Origin: an uncultured Pseudomonadales bacterium
GTDB lineage: Bacteria > Patescibacteriota > Microgenomatia > UBA1400 > UBA1396
NCBI GenBank assembly: GCA_964603945.1
Contig: CAZRWP010000001.1
Span: 59,623 to 123,622, forward strand
Direction: 5' to 3'
DNA length: 64,000 nucleotides
Made by a program: the position numbers and the translations under genes. Positions within the stretch are counted from its first letter, which is position 1, and every line of letters starts with the position of its first letter. Positions 29,253 through 38,624 of this stretch are shown one piece after another. Below the pieces are notes generated by a model, which had not been told where the DNA came from, searched no databases, and saw only the letters and a list, made by a program, of their open reading frames with translations.

Positions 29253-30159
29253 TGATATAGCTAGCAATTCAGGCAGTGATTTAACTAGTAGTTCAAATAA
29301 TATCTCAACTAAAGAATCAATATTGGGCACTGGCTTGTCTGGCTTAGTTGGTTCTGGACTGGTGAGCATTTTGAGTGACCGTTATCAGTTCCATAATCTT
29401 GATCTGACCAATGGAGTCAATATTTTAGAACCAAAGACACTGGAAAAAGCTTACGCTGAGCATCCATCACCAGTCTTAATTCATTTAGCCGCTTTTACAG
29501 ATGTTAACTCAGCCCAGGAACAAATGGGTCAAAAAGACGGGTCGGCTTATCAAGTAAACGTTACTGGCACCCGCAACGTCGCTGAGCTGTGCGCCAAGCA
29601 CAATATGCACCTTATTCACCTATCAACTGGTTATGTCTTTGATGGTGAAAAGCGTTCAGCTTATTCCGAAGATGATGCGGTAAATCCAGTTGACTGGTAC
29701 AGCGTGACCAAAACAGAAGCTGAAAAAGTTGTTCTGGACATTACACCAAACGCTACCATTTTCCGAATCAATTTCCCCTACCGGCAGGACGAATTTCCCA
29801 AAAAAGATATTTGGCATAAACTAGCTGAAGGTTTACAAGCTGGTAAAACCGGACCTTTTTTTGAAGATCATTTCTTTACTCTTACTCCGGTGGAATGGTT
29901 TGCTCAAGTTGTTGATTGGGCAATTACCACCAAGCCAGCCGGAATCTTTCACGCCACCACCGATCAAGTTTATACCGATCTATCACTGGCCCAATCAGTT
30001 GCCCAGGAGCTTGGCTTGTCTGTCAAGAATTTGAGTGGCGGCTCAGTCCATGAGTACAATAAGCAGGCGAACCGGCCATATCAGCCATCACTCATTTTAA
30101 GCAATGAGAAACTAAAACAAGCTATGGGCGATCGCTATCCAGATGGTAAAACAAGCTAA
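29245..30159 (+). CDS. rfbD: dTDP-4-dehydrorhamnose reductase
   Basis: G.SGLVG, HLAAFTDV, LSTGYVFDG, Y..TK. Confidence 0.88.
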   Translation: MNDDIASNSGSDLTSSSNNISTKESILGTGLSGLVGSGLVSILSDRYQFHNLDLTNGVNILEPKTLEKAYAEHPSPVLIHLAAFTDVNSAQEQMGQKDGSAYQVNVTGTRNVAELCAKHNMHLIHLSTGYVFDGEKRSAYSEDDAVNPVDWYSVTKTEAEKVVLDITPNATIFRINFPYRQDEFPKKDIWHKLAEGLQAGKTGPFFEDHFFTLTPVEWFAQVVDWAITTKPAGIFHATTDQVYTDLSLAQSVAQELGLSVKNLSGGSVHEYNKQANRPYQPSLILSNEKLKQAMGDRYPDGKTS

Positions 30160-31177
30160 ATTCAGACCATTTTTCCGCTGGCGATTGTTATTTGCAACCT
30201 TATTTTTAATGTTAATTTGTGGTTATGCTTATACCAATGAGCTGGGATTACCTTTACCATTACTGCCAACCAACTTAATTACACCCAATACGCCAAAGAC
30301 AATTAATCAACCTTCAATATCTACCGAGGACATAGTTAGTCAAATTCAGAACATTAGAACTGAAAATAATCTAGATCCTCTAAATGAAAACACCACTCTG
30401 GAAAAAACTGCCCGGTTGGTAAGTTTGGAAATTGAGGACGCTCAGGATATTAATACCGAGATAAATTATGAGAGAATTCTGAATGCAGTCAGTCTAACCA
30501 AACCTCCAGAAGTTGAGGGTTTTGTTATTTTTCTTGCCGGCGTTGGTAAGCCAGATGATATTTTGGCCGACAATGAGTCTAGGCTTTTTTCTAAAGCAAA
30601 TTATACTCAGATAGGTGTCGCAACCAGGTCAGCTACCATAGCTGAGGAAGATGGCTTGATCGTGGTAATTTTGAGTTCACCGGAATTTTATCAGCCACCA
30701 AATAATCCTCAGGTAAACACTCAAGTAATTACCGATGATTCCAATGATATTCAAGGCGCGGTAACTGGCTCAGTGGCTCAAACTTCCGCTGGCCAATTGC
30801 CCAAAGAGTTCAGCTATACCGGTCAGGATCTTTGGCAGGCAGTGCAAAATTACCGCCGCGCCCATCGCCTACCCGAATTTCAACAATCCAATGAGCTTTG
30901 CACCGTGGCCAGCATCCGCCTGAATGAACAAATAGAGCTTGGCCGACTGGACAATCATGAAGGATTCTCCGCCCGAGCAGACGAATTTTTTGATAAAAAT
31001 CCTGACTGGCGCAATCTAAATGAGAATTTAGCGTCCGGTTTTGACACCGCCGTACAAGTGGTGGAATGGGGCTGGGATCAGAGTTTGGGACATCAGGCTT
31101 TAATTAAAAGCTTGGAATCTCCTAAAGCCTGCGCGGCGGCTAATTATGGCTTTGCTGTGTTAATCACCGGTAAATAA
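30143..31177 (+). CDS. membrane-anchored protein with two CAP/SCP-like domains
   Basis: IQNIRTENNLDPL...YTQIGVA, and VQNYRRAHRL...H.GF...ENLA...W..S.GH. Confidence 0.75.
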   Translation: MVKQAKFRPFFRWRLLFATLFLMLICGYAYTNELGLPLPLLPTNLITPNTPKTINQPSISTEDIVSQIQNIRTENNLDPLNENTTLEKTARLVSLEIEDAQDINTEINYERILNAVSLTKPPEVEGFVIFLAGVGKPDDILADNESRLFSKANYTQIGVATRSATIAEEDGLIVVILSSPEFYQPPNNPQVNTQVITDDSNDIQGAVTGSVAQTSAGQLPKEFSYTGQDLWQAVQNYRRAHRLPEFQQSNELCTVASIRLNEQIELGRLDNHEGFSARADEFFDKNPDWRNLNENLASGFDTAVQVVEWGWDQSLGHQALIKSLESPKACAAANYGFAVLITGK

Positions 31178-31195
31178 TAATGCAACCTAAAATGC

Positions 31196-31223
31196 CCACG
31201 GCTCCGCCAAAGCGGAGCCGTGG
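31196..31223. terminator. GC-rich hairpin between convergent genes
   Basis: CCACGGCTCCGC-caaa-GCGGAGCCGTGG. Confidence 0.65.
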
Positions 31224-31269
31224 ACGGACGTTGAGAGGGCCTGCCCAACCACCTCTCGTCAAGCTGTCA

Positions 31270-31524
31270 TTAGGTTACCTGACGGCTAGAGCCGAATAGA
31301 CTGGCGATCCAGAGTAACAGCGCCGCTCCGACCGTAGCCGTAATCAGACTGCCGATTAGGCCATAGGTGTCAAATCCCAGCAGACCAAATAAGTAGCCTC
31401 CTAAAAAGGATCCGATAATACCGAGAAGCATATTTCCCCGCAAGCCGAAGCCGTCACCGCGCATCAATTCACCGGCTATCCAGCCAGCGAGCGCGCCTAT
31501 AAGTAAGAATGCGATTATCTCCAT
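31270..31524 (-). CDS. GlsB/YeaQ/YmgE family stress membrane protein
   Basis: IGALAGWIA, LGIIGSFLGG, ATVGA. Confidence 0.92.
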   Translation of the reverse strand: MEIIAFLLIGALAGWIAGELMRGDGFGLRGNMLLGIIGSFLGGYLFGLLGFDTYGLIGSLITATVGAALLLWIASLFGSSRQVT

Positions 31525-31546
31525 TTCCTACCCCTTTCTGTATTTT

Positions 31547-31852
31547 TTATTGCCCCCCATATTGCCAGCGATAGGTGTTCAACTGCGTTTGCAGTGCCAC
31601 CAATCTTTCTTGTAAATCTTCCAGGTGCCTGTCTGAATTCACCTGGATGTTGGGGGTCAAATTTTCCAGCTCCTCATGAATAGTTGAGATGATGTCGTTC
31701 ACCTCACGCTTCATCTCTAGGAGCCTAATAACTGAATCTCGATAGATTGGCCATTCATCCCGGGCGTTAGCCTCTAGATGGTCAATCCGTTTTGACATGT
31801 CAGTTACTACAGATTTAATTCGGCGGAATAAAGCAAGTTGTGAGTCGTTCAT
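31547..31852 (-). CDS. hypothetical coiled-coil protein
   Basis: GAGG before the ATG; helical heptad character. Confidence 0.65.
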   Translation of the reverse strand: MNDSQLALFRRIKSVVTDMSKRIDHLEANARDEWPIYRDSVIRLLEMKREVNDIISTIHEELENLTPNIQVNSDRHLEDLQERLVALQTQLNTYRWQYGGQ

Positions 31853-32085
31853 AGATCTTTTTCCTCTTGTTTTTTATTTTGTTTTTTATGATTTATTTAT
31901 TTTTTTACTTTGTATGTTCTACATTAGGCTGTTACTTTCTGCTACTAACAAGAAATCGGTAATATTTGAGTAAGAATAGTTTCTGTTAAAAGATGGAAGT
32001 TTTAACTTACATATTAATTATTTTGGCAATTTTTATTAAGCCAAGTCTTGCGGAAATAGTCCTGTTTCTGTCATGCTAGTTACCT

Positions 32086-33750
32086 GTGAAACCTGCCCTA
32101 ATTTCAGTTCAGTCACCAGTGGCTTATTTATGTGCCGAGTTCGGCTTATATGCTCAGCTACCACTCTATGCTGGCGGCTTAGGTATTCTGGCCGGCGATA
32201 TTTTGAAATCAGCAGTTGAAGCAAATTTCCCAATGGTTGGCGTCGGCTTACTTTATAAAGGCCGTCTAGCTCAACAACAAATTAACGCTGATGACTGGCC
32301 AGAAGATTCTGATCGCAGTTTTGACCGCATAGCTGAAGGTATTTTTCCAGTAGTCCGAGACGGAGAGCCTTTACAGGTACAAGTTCCTTTAGGCTCCCAA
32401 ACTGTTAATTTGGCCATCTACGAAAAAACGATGGGCAAAACAGTCAGCCTAGTTTTGCTTGAGCCTGACGTTCCTAGTAACTCAGCTGAGATGCGCCGAT
32501 TAACCGACATTCTTTACTGTTGTGGCGACGAAAGTCAGCTCCAGCAAGCAATCTTATTAGGAGTCGGTGGCTATCGGGCTCTAAAAGCTTTGGGATTAAC
32601 ACCCACTTTTTATCACTTTAACGAAGGTCGTCCAGCCTTTTTAACTTGGGAATTCCAGGCGGACTGGCGAGAACAACAACATTTGTCAGCTGATCAAGCC
32701 AGCCAACATGCCAGATTACAAACGGTTTACACCAATCACACGTTGGTAGCCGCTGGCAACCAAACCTATCCGCTCGACTTAATTAAAAAGTATGCCCAAC
32801 CGTTTGCTGACCGGTTAGGTATTTCCGCCGATGAGTTGATAAAACCAGGTCTAGATAAGAACGCAACTGACCGTTTTAGCATCACTCAGCTGGCTTTAAA
32901 CAGCAGTATTAGGGCTTCTGGAGTTAGTCAGCGGCATACTCAGCTAGCCAAACAAAGCTGGCCAGATTATCACTGGGACGCCATCACAAATGGCGTTCAC
33001 CTCAAAACTTGGCAAAAGCCTGAATTTGCTCAACCAACTAATGACGATCAGGAACTCTGGAATACGCACCGTAAATATAAACATCGGTTAATGGAAATGG
33101 CAGTGGAACGTACCGGCATTGGCTATGATCCAGATCACCTAATAATTGCCTGGGCACGTCGGATCACCGAGTATAAACAGCTCGACCGCGTTTTTGCTGA
33201 TTTAGAGCGCCTGGAGGCAATTCTTCGTCATCCAGCCAGACCAATTCAGATTTTAATTGCTGGCAAAACTCACCCGGGTGATGATAATGCCAAGCGGACT
33301 TTACAAAACATCATCCGATTGTTCCAGACCAGACTAAACGGCGTTGCCCTCTACTTGCCAAACTATGATATTGAACTAGCCCAATATTTAACTTCCGGCG
33401 TTGATTTGTGGCTTAATACGCCCAAGTTTGGTTTGGAGGCCAGCGGTACTTCAGGCATGAAATGTGTTAGCAACGGAGTGCTTCAGGCTACGGTAGCCGA
33501 TGGCTGGTCAGCGGAAGTTGATTGGACCAATCGCGGTTGGGTATTGGAGCCAGATAGTCCGGAAGTTAGTCTTTACGATCAACTGGAAAACTCGATTGCC
33601 CCAATGTTTTATCAGCGCGACCACCGCGGTCTACCAATGGAGTGGCTTGCGCGCATGCGTAACTCAATGAAATTAGCTAATGATTTTAGTGCCGAGCGTG
33701 TTCTGAATGATTACCGACGATATTTATATCACCCAACTCAAACTGAATAA
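32086..33750 (+). CDS. glgP: alpha-glucan phosphorylase, short form
   Basis: AEFGL..YAGGLGILAGD, NEG, T.HT, TNGVH, ARR...YK, EASGTSGMK (PLP lysine). Confidence 0.92.
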   Translation: MKPALISVQSPVAYLCAEFGLYAQLPLYAGGLGILAGDILKSAVEANFPMVGVGLLYKGRLAQQQINADDWPEDSDRSFDRIAEGIFPVVRDGEPLQVQVPLGSQTVNLAIYEKTMGKTVSLVLLEPDVPSNSAEMRRLTDILYCCGDESQLQQAILLGVGGYRALKALGLTPTFYHFNEGRPAFLTWEFQADWREQQHLSADQASQHARLQTVYTNHTLVAAGNQTYPLDLIKKYAQPFADRLGISADELIKPGLDKNATDRFSITQLALNSSIRASGVSQRHTQLAKQSWPDYHWDAITNGVHLKTWQKPEFAQPTNDDQELWNTHRKYKHRLMEMAVERTGIGYDPDHLIIAWARRITEYKQLDRVFADLERLEAILRHPARPIQILIAGKTHPGDDNAKRTLQNIIRLFQTRLNGVALYLPNYDIELAQYLTSGVDLWLNTPKFGLEASGTSGMKCVSNGVLQATVADGWSAEVDWTNRGWVLEPDSPEVSLYDQLENSIAPMFYQRDHRGLPMEWLARMRNSMKLANDFSAERVLNDYRRYLYHPTQTE

Positions 33751-33759
33751 ATAAAAAAA

Positions 33760-34635
33760 CTATAGCAAAACGCTGGTCTCTGTTTTATCCTGAGCTTCAG
33801 TTTGTTCAGGCATGATGTAAACGTCAGCCTTGTAATCATTTAGACCAACAAATTCCGCTTTACCTTGAATAATTGCCTCCATTGGACGGCAGGCATAACA
33901 ACCGTCGTCGCCATGCGGACACTTGAATCGTTCCAGCTTACGAGCAGTTTTTATCTGCCGAGCCACCTCTAAAACCTGATTATGAGCCTCAGCTAGATCA
34001 GGTAGTTCTTTTGGAGTGAGCTCGTCACTGCTATCTAGATACCAATAACTAGCCTTGGCTACCCGGCGATGCTGACAATTTTGGACTAATAAGTGATAAA
34101 TTGGCAACTGCAAAGAACCGCTATCTTCCTCATTCTTGCCGGTTTTAAAGTCGATGATATGAACGCTATCGGTGTCTGGTAAAAATTCTAGCCAGTCAAT
34201 CTTGCCGCACAAAATTATGTTGTCCTCTTCAGAGAGCCAGTAGTGGGGCAAATCGTCATTAATTTTAACGGCAAGATTCAACAAAGGTCCGGGATGATCC
34301 ATAACACGGCGCAACATCGTTTCACCGCGCAGTTTGTATTTTTCCTCAGTAGCCGCGTCTCTGAAACCGCCAGCCTTGCCACTGACTTTTTTCCAAGCCG
34401 TCTGAAACTTTTTGATTAGCGACTCATTGAATCGCTCTTTGGTTGGTAAAACCGACAACGACTCAATTACCTCATGCACGGCAGATCCTAAAGCCAGCGG
34501 CGGCGCCATTAACTGGATTTTATGCTTGGTTTTGGGATCACGATAAACATTTTTTAGATAGTAGGAACGCGGGCATTTCAACCAATCACTAATGGAGGAA
34601 TGGGAAACCCAGGTGGCAGTAAATTTGTCAGGCAT
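33760..34635 (-). CDS. PD-(D/E)XK nuclease, Cas4/AddB-like
   Basis: SHSSI...CPR, G..H, GKID, IIDFKTG, QL..Y, C-terminal C..GC..C. Confidence 0.85.
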   Translation of the reverse strand: MPDKFTATWVSHSSISDWLKCPRSYYLKNVYRDPKTKHKIQLMAPPLALGSAVHEVIESLSVLPTKERFNESLIKKFQTAWKKVSGKAGGFRDAATEEKYKLRGETMLRRVMDHPGPLLNLAVKINDDLPHYWLSEEDNIILCGKIDWLEFLPDTDSVHIIDFKTGKNEEDSGSLQLPIYHLLVQNCQHRRVAKASYWYLDSSDELTPKELPDLAEAHNQVLEVARQIKTARKLERFKCPHGDDGCYACRPMEAIIQGKAEFVGLNDYKADVYIMPEQTEAQDKTETSVLL

Positions 34636-34733
34636 AAAAGCTATCGTAGCAGAAATTTATGCACAAATAAAACACGAAGATTCTAGTCTCTGGTAACTTT
34701 GGCATCTCGCCATCTGCTAGCCATATTTTTAAT

Positions 34734-35057
34734 TTAGAAGGGCAGTTCTACGGCTGAATTGAGATCATCTTCATCATCTTGATCATCTGAGTCATCACTT
34801 GAATTTGCTGAACTGATCTGATCTTCAATCGGCTCTGGCCTAGCTTTCTCCGCCGGTTCCATATCATCTTGAATTTCGACAAATTCATTTTCTACTTCTT
34901 TGAGCCTGGAGCGACACTTCGCAATCAGCTCTTTACCTGATTTGAGCTTTTTTAAGCCTTCTTCCAGATCAATATCTTCCTGCTGAAACCAGCGATTAAT
35001 TTCTTCCAGTTCCAGTAAAGCCTGATTAAAATTAAATTTGGCTTGTTTTTTACTCAT
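34734..35057 (-). CDS. xseB: exodeoxyribonuclease VII small subunit (acidic tail)
   Basis: FNQAL.ELEEI, LEEGL, G..L...C...L; overlaps xseA. Confidence 0.92.
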   Translation of the reverse strand: MSKKQAKFNFNQALLELEEINRWFQQEDIDLEEGLKKLKSGKELIAKCRSRLKEVENEFVEIQDDMEPAEKARPEPIEDQISSANSSDDSDDQDDEDDLNSAVELPF

Positions 35058-36387
35058 GTGCCTCCACTTTCTCTACTTTTGTTTTTAATTTTCCCTGATG
35101 AAGTTTTATGCTCAAAGACTCACCTTTTATTACTTGTTTAACTGACCGTACAACTTCGTTTTTCTCATTCATCACAATACTATAGCCTTGTTTAAGTTTT
35201 AAGGTTGGATCGGACAAGTTTAGCTGTGTATCAAAATTATCTAGCTGATTTGCCCAGTTGCTAATCCAGCGTTGCCAAACAGCTGGCATTGATTGCTCGT
35301 AGTCAGTTAAGCCTTCACTGATTTGCCGTCTTTGTCTTTGCCACAAGTTAAAATTTAATTTAAAGTTTTCAGTTAGCTGAAAATACCTCTGCTTTAAGCG
35401 AGGTAAAAATGAGCTTAAACTTTGCTGATAAAAATTCAATGCCTGGTGTTGAGTTTCCAAGCGTGAAGAAAATAAGTAAACTAACTCACTAGCCAGCTCC
35501 TTAACTTGGCCTTGAGCGATAATCAGTGCTCGCTTTTGGGTAGAAGCCATTGTCTCCTGATATCTTTTTAGCCGGTCTTCCAGTCTCACCCAATTTGCTG
35601 AGATTATTTTACCGGCATCGGTAGGTGTTGAAGCCCGAACATCAGCTACCAAATCAGAAATAGTCAAGTCATTTTCATGACCAATCGCTGATAAAACCGG
35701 AATCTTGGAGGAAAATATTGCTTTAGCTACCGGCTCAGAATTAAAAGCCTGCAAACTCTCCAAACTGCCGCCGCCACGAGTCAGCACAATTACATCCAGC
35801 TCCATGGGATGTTCATTAAACCACTTAAAAGCCCTTGCGATTGAATCAACCGCCTGCAGACCTTCAACCCGGACGTCATAATGAAATATCTGATAACCAA
35901 ATTGGCCTAGATGCGTCCGGAAATCCTTAATGGCATCTCCCTGCGAAGAAGTAATCAAACCAATGCGCACTGGATAATCTGGCAAAGCCTGCTTGGCTGA
36001 CTCTGCAAAAAATCCGGCTTGTTCCAACTGTCGTTTGAGTTTTTCAAACGCCTGCTTGAGAGCGCCTTCGCCTACCGGACTAATATAATCAGCTTGAAAA
36101 CTGAACTTGCCAAAAGGTTTATAAATATTCGGTACGCCGATGACCTGGATTTCCAAGCCTTCTTTTAAATCCACACCCAAACTGTTGAGTTTGTGACGCC
36201 AGATCATACAGTTGAGCACCGCTTTTTCATGCTTATCAGACAAATTGAAATAACTGGCTGTTCCGCGATGGGTCAAACTGGTAATTTCGCCCTGAACCGT
36301 CACCCGCAGTGGCTTGAGCAGTTCATTGGTTAAATCAAGAAACTCAGCTACGGAAAAAATGGCTTCCGGCGGAATGGGACTGGACAT
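35050..36387 (-). CDS. xseA: exodeoxyribonuclease VII large subunit
   Basis: V.GEI, GLITS..G, RGGGSLESL, SAIGHEND, ASTPT, LKQGYS. Confidence 0.96.
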   Translation of the reverse strand: MSSPIPPEAIFSVAEFLDLTNELLKPLRVTVQGEITSLTHRGTASYFNLSDKHEKAVLNCMIWRHKLNSLGVDLKEGLEIQVIGVPNIYKPFGKFSFQADYISPVGEGALKQAFEKLKRQLEQAGFFAESAKQALPDYPVRIGLITSSQGDAIKDFRTHLGQFGYQIFHYDVRVEGLQAVDSIARAFKWFNEHPMELDVIVLTRGGGSLESLQAFNSEPVAKAIFSSKIPVLSAIGHENDLTISDLVADVRASTPTDAGKIISANWVRLEDRLKRYQETMASTQKRALIIAQGQVKELASELVYLFSSRLETQHQALNFYQQSLSSFLPRLKQRYFQLTENFKLNFNLWQRQRRQISEGLTDYEQSMPAVWQRWISNWANQLDNFDTQLNLSDPTLKLKQGYSIVMNEKNEVVRSVKQVIKGESLSIKLHQGKLKTKVEKVEAHE

Positions 36388-36414
36388 GAAGACATTGTAT
36401 CTAAGCTCGGTGGG

Positions 36415-37014
36415 TTATTCTTGGGCAATCTGAGCAATAATTTCTCGAATAATTGTTTCTTTGGTGTCTCTATAAATTTTTTTCTTGTCTTCCTTCTTTG
36501 TTGCCTGTTCGGCCAACTTAACAGCCAGTTTTTTTGCCTCCTCATAACGGCGACAATAATCCGGATGTTCTCGTAAAAAATTTCGAAATTTTATTTCTTT
36601 GACCTCTTCAATTGATGGACCTTGAATTAGATGAAGATGGAACAAGCGTAATTTGCCATTATCCAGGTAATCATGGCGATCCAGAAACCATCGGTTATCG
36701 TCAATTATGACGTGGTGTTTAAAGGTGTAACCACTCTGCTCTAACTTAGAAATTAAGTTGAATACAGAATCTGGAATTTGTTTGAGATTAGCACTTTTTT
36801 CCTCAGGCACACAAAGCATCAAATCAATAATACCCTTACCACTTAAACCAGGCACAGCAGTGCTTCCGATATGCTCAATTACTGTTCCTGATGGCAAGAA
36901 TTCTGCTAAACGTTCAATTTCCTGTTGTGCCCAAGTGGTATAAATCGGTCGATACGGCTTATATACATACTTATTAAGCCATAACTTTGACACATCTGTA
37001 GAACTATCGTCCAT
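36415..37014 (-). CDS. GrpB (UPF0157) nucleotidyltransferase-fold protein
   Basis: IEHIGSTAVPGLSGKGIID, HLHL, FRNFLR, Y...K. Confidence 0.9.
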   Translation of the reverse strand: MDDSSTDVSKLWLNKYVYKPYRPIYTTWAQQEIERLAEFLPSGTVIEHIGSTAVPGLSGKGIIDLMLCVPEEKSANLKQIPDSVFNLISKLEQSGYTFKHHVIIDDNRWFLDRHDYLDNGKLRLFHLHLIQGPSIEEVKEIKFRNFLREHPDYCRRYEEAKKLAVKLAEQATKKEDKKKIYRDTKETIIREIIAQIAQE

Positions 37015-37144
37015 TGTTTCTAATTTTACTAGAGACAATTGACAATTCAACTAGCAGGCATAAAATATTTAGCTCAGCTAATTTTTGCCAGGAAGTGGCG
37101 CACTACAACTAACTTTTTTTTGGAAATAATTTTAGAAACACTAT

Positions 37145-38617
37145 ATGAACATCACAACTGCCAGCCGAAAAGCCTGGAATAAATCAAAAATAACATTTAG
37201 CAAATACTTCCGGCGTAGCCGGATTTGGTTGCGCCGAAATCCTAATCGAGTAATGATTGCCTTCTTTGTCGTCATGGCAGTTTTATTGATTGCTGGGCGC
37301 TGGTTAAATAAACCAGAGCCTCCCACCGAACCCGCGCAGAATGAGCCCCGCTTGGTGGAAACTTACAGTATTGGCGCGGCTCCTCGTGTCACGGTTCAGG
37401 CTAGGGTACAAAAAGGTAATGTCATTAATATTGTGGCCCAGACACCGGGAATTGTTCAAAAAATTAATGTTAAAGAAGGCCAGTCGGTCAAGCGTGGCCA
37501 AAATTTAATTAGTTTGTCCAGTAATTATCAAGGTGGAAACGCCGCCACGGTTCAGCGGCAGATCGCGCAGGTTCAGCAACAGCACACGGCTGACACTTAC
37601 GATCAGCAAAAAAGTTTGCTTGATCAGCAAAGAGAAGTTGCTCTGCAAACTTCGGACAACGCCGAAGAATTACGCCAAATTACTGACCGCTCGCTGGGTG
37701 AAACCCGCGACCTGATCGACCTAAATGAAGACATTTTGTCGGAAATTGAGGACAACTTGGAAGATCTAGAGGAAAACAATCCCAACAATCAAAATGACCC
37801 ATTAATTCTGCAAACCAAACAACTCCAAAGCCAATACAAGGCAGGTTTAAATCAATTGCGATCTGGTTTAAGACAGGCAGAATATCAGGCTGATGATGAA
37901 GAACCACCAGCCGAACTAGCTCAACTTCAAAAAGATCTCACCCTTCAGCAATTGGATATTCAAGCTAAGTCACTCGACATGAGCAGAGAGATGGCCAATC
38001 TTCAGCTTAGATTAGCCAAAGTTAATGAAGGCAGTATGTATCCCGGCGCACCACTTGGAGGTCAAGTTGAGCGCATTCATGTTCAGATTGGTCAGCAAGT
38101 TAATCCAGGCACAAAGTTAGTTACTTTACAATCTTCCGGCCAAGCCACCACAGTGGTCGCTTTGGTGCCGCGTCAAATCGCTTTATCTTTATCCAAAATA
38201 GAGTTAACTAGACTTAATCTTGGCGACAAATCAATTGAATTAGCACCTACTTATGTTTCTCACGAGGCGGTAGAGAATGGTTTATATTCCATAGTTTTTA
38301 ATCTTCCTGAAACGGAGAACGTCAGTGTTAGCGACAATCAAGTGGTGGCAATTGACCTGCCAGTCGGATTAGCCGATACCAGCGATATCATTCCCTTTAT
38401 TCCGCTTGATGCGGTTTATCAAAATGGCCGCCAAGCGTTTGTCTTTACGGCTCAAGAGGAAAAAGCACGTGTACAACCAGTGAAGCTGGGCAGTGTATTT
38501 GGCAGTTTCGTCCAAATATCTGATGGACTTAAAAAAGAAGATCAAGTAATTCTTGACCGCAATGTAATTGACGGCGATCCCATCACCATAGTTAATCAAG
38601 GTCTTTTGACAGAGTAA
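37145..38617 (+). CDS. RND efflux membrane-fusion/adaptor protein with long coiled coil
   Basis: TM; G.V..I.VKEGQ.V..GQ and AP..G.V...GQQV..G lipoyl half-motifs; IP..AV; GL...D.V. Confidence 0.88.
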   Translation: MNITTASRKAWNKSKITFSKYFRRSRIWLRRNPNRVMIAFFVVMAVLLIAGRWLNKPEPPTEPAQNEPRLVETYSIGAAPRVTVQARVQKGNVINIVAQTPGIVQKINVKEGQSVKRGQNLISLSSNYQGGNAATVQRQIAQVQQQHTADTYDQQKSLLDQQREVALQTSDNAEELRQITDRSLGETRDLIDLNEDILSEIEDNLEDLEENNPNNQNDPLILQTKQLQSQYKAGLNQLRSGLRQAEYQADDEEPPAELAQLQKDLTLQQLDIQAKSLDMSREMANLQLRLAKVNEGSMYPGAPLGGQVERIHVQIGQQVNPGTKLVTLQSSGQATTVVALVPRQIALSLSKIELTRLNLGDKSIELAPTYVSHEAVENGLYSIVFNLPETENVSVSDNQVVAIDLPVGLADTSDIIPFIPLDAVYQNGRQAFVFTAQEEKARVQPVKLGSVFGSFVQISDGLKKEDQVILDRNVIDGDPITIVNQGLLTE

Positions 38618-38624
38618 GGACAGC

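Noticed and set aside
31855-32040. Very T-rich intergenic tract as a repeat or origin
   Set aside because: No clear unit or DnaA-box cluster; consistent with a divergent promoter region.
33760-34635. Cas4 as part of a CRISPR-Cas locus
   Set aside because: No cas1, cas2 or array nearby.
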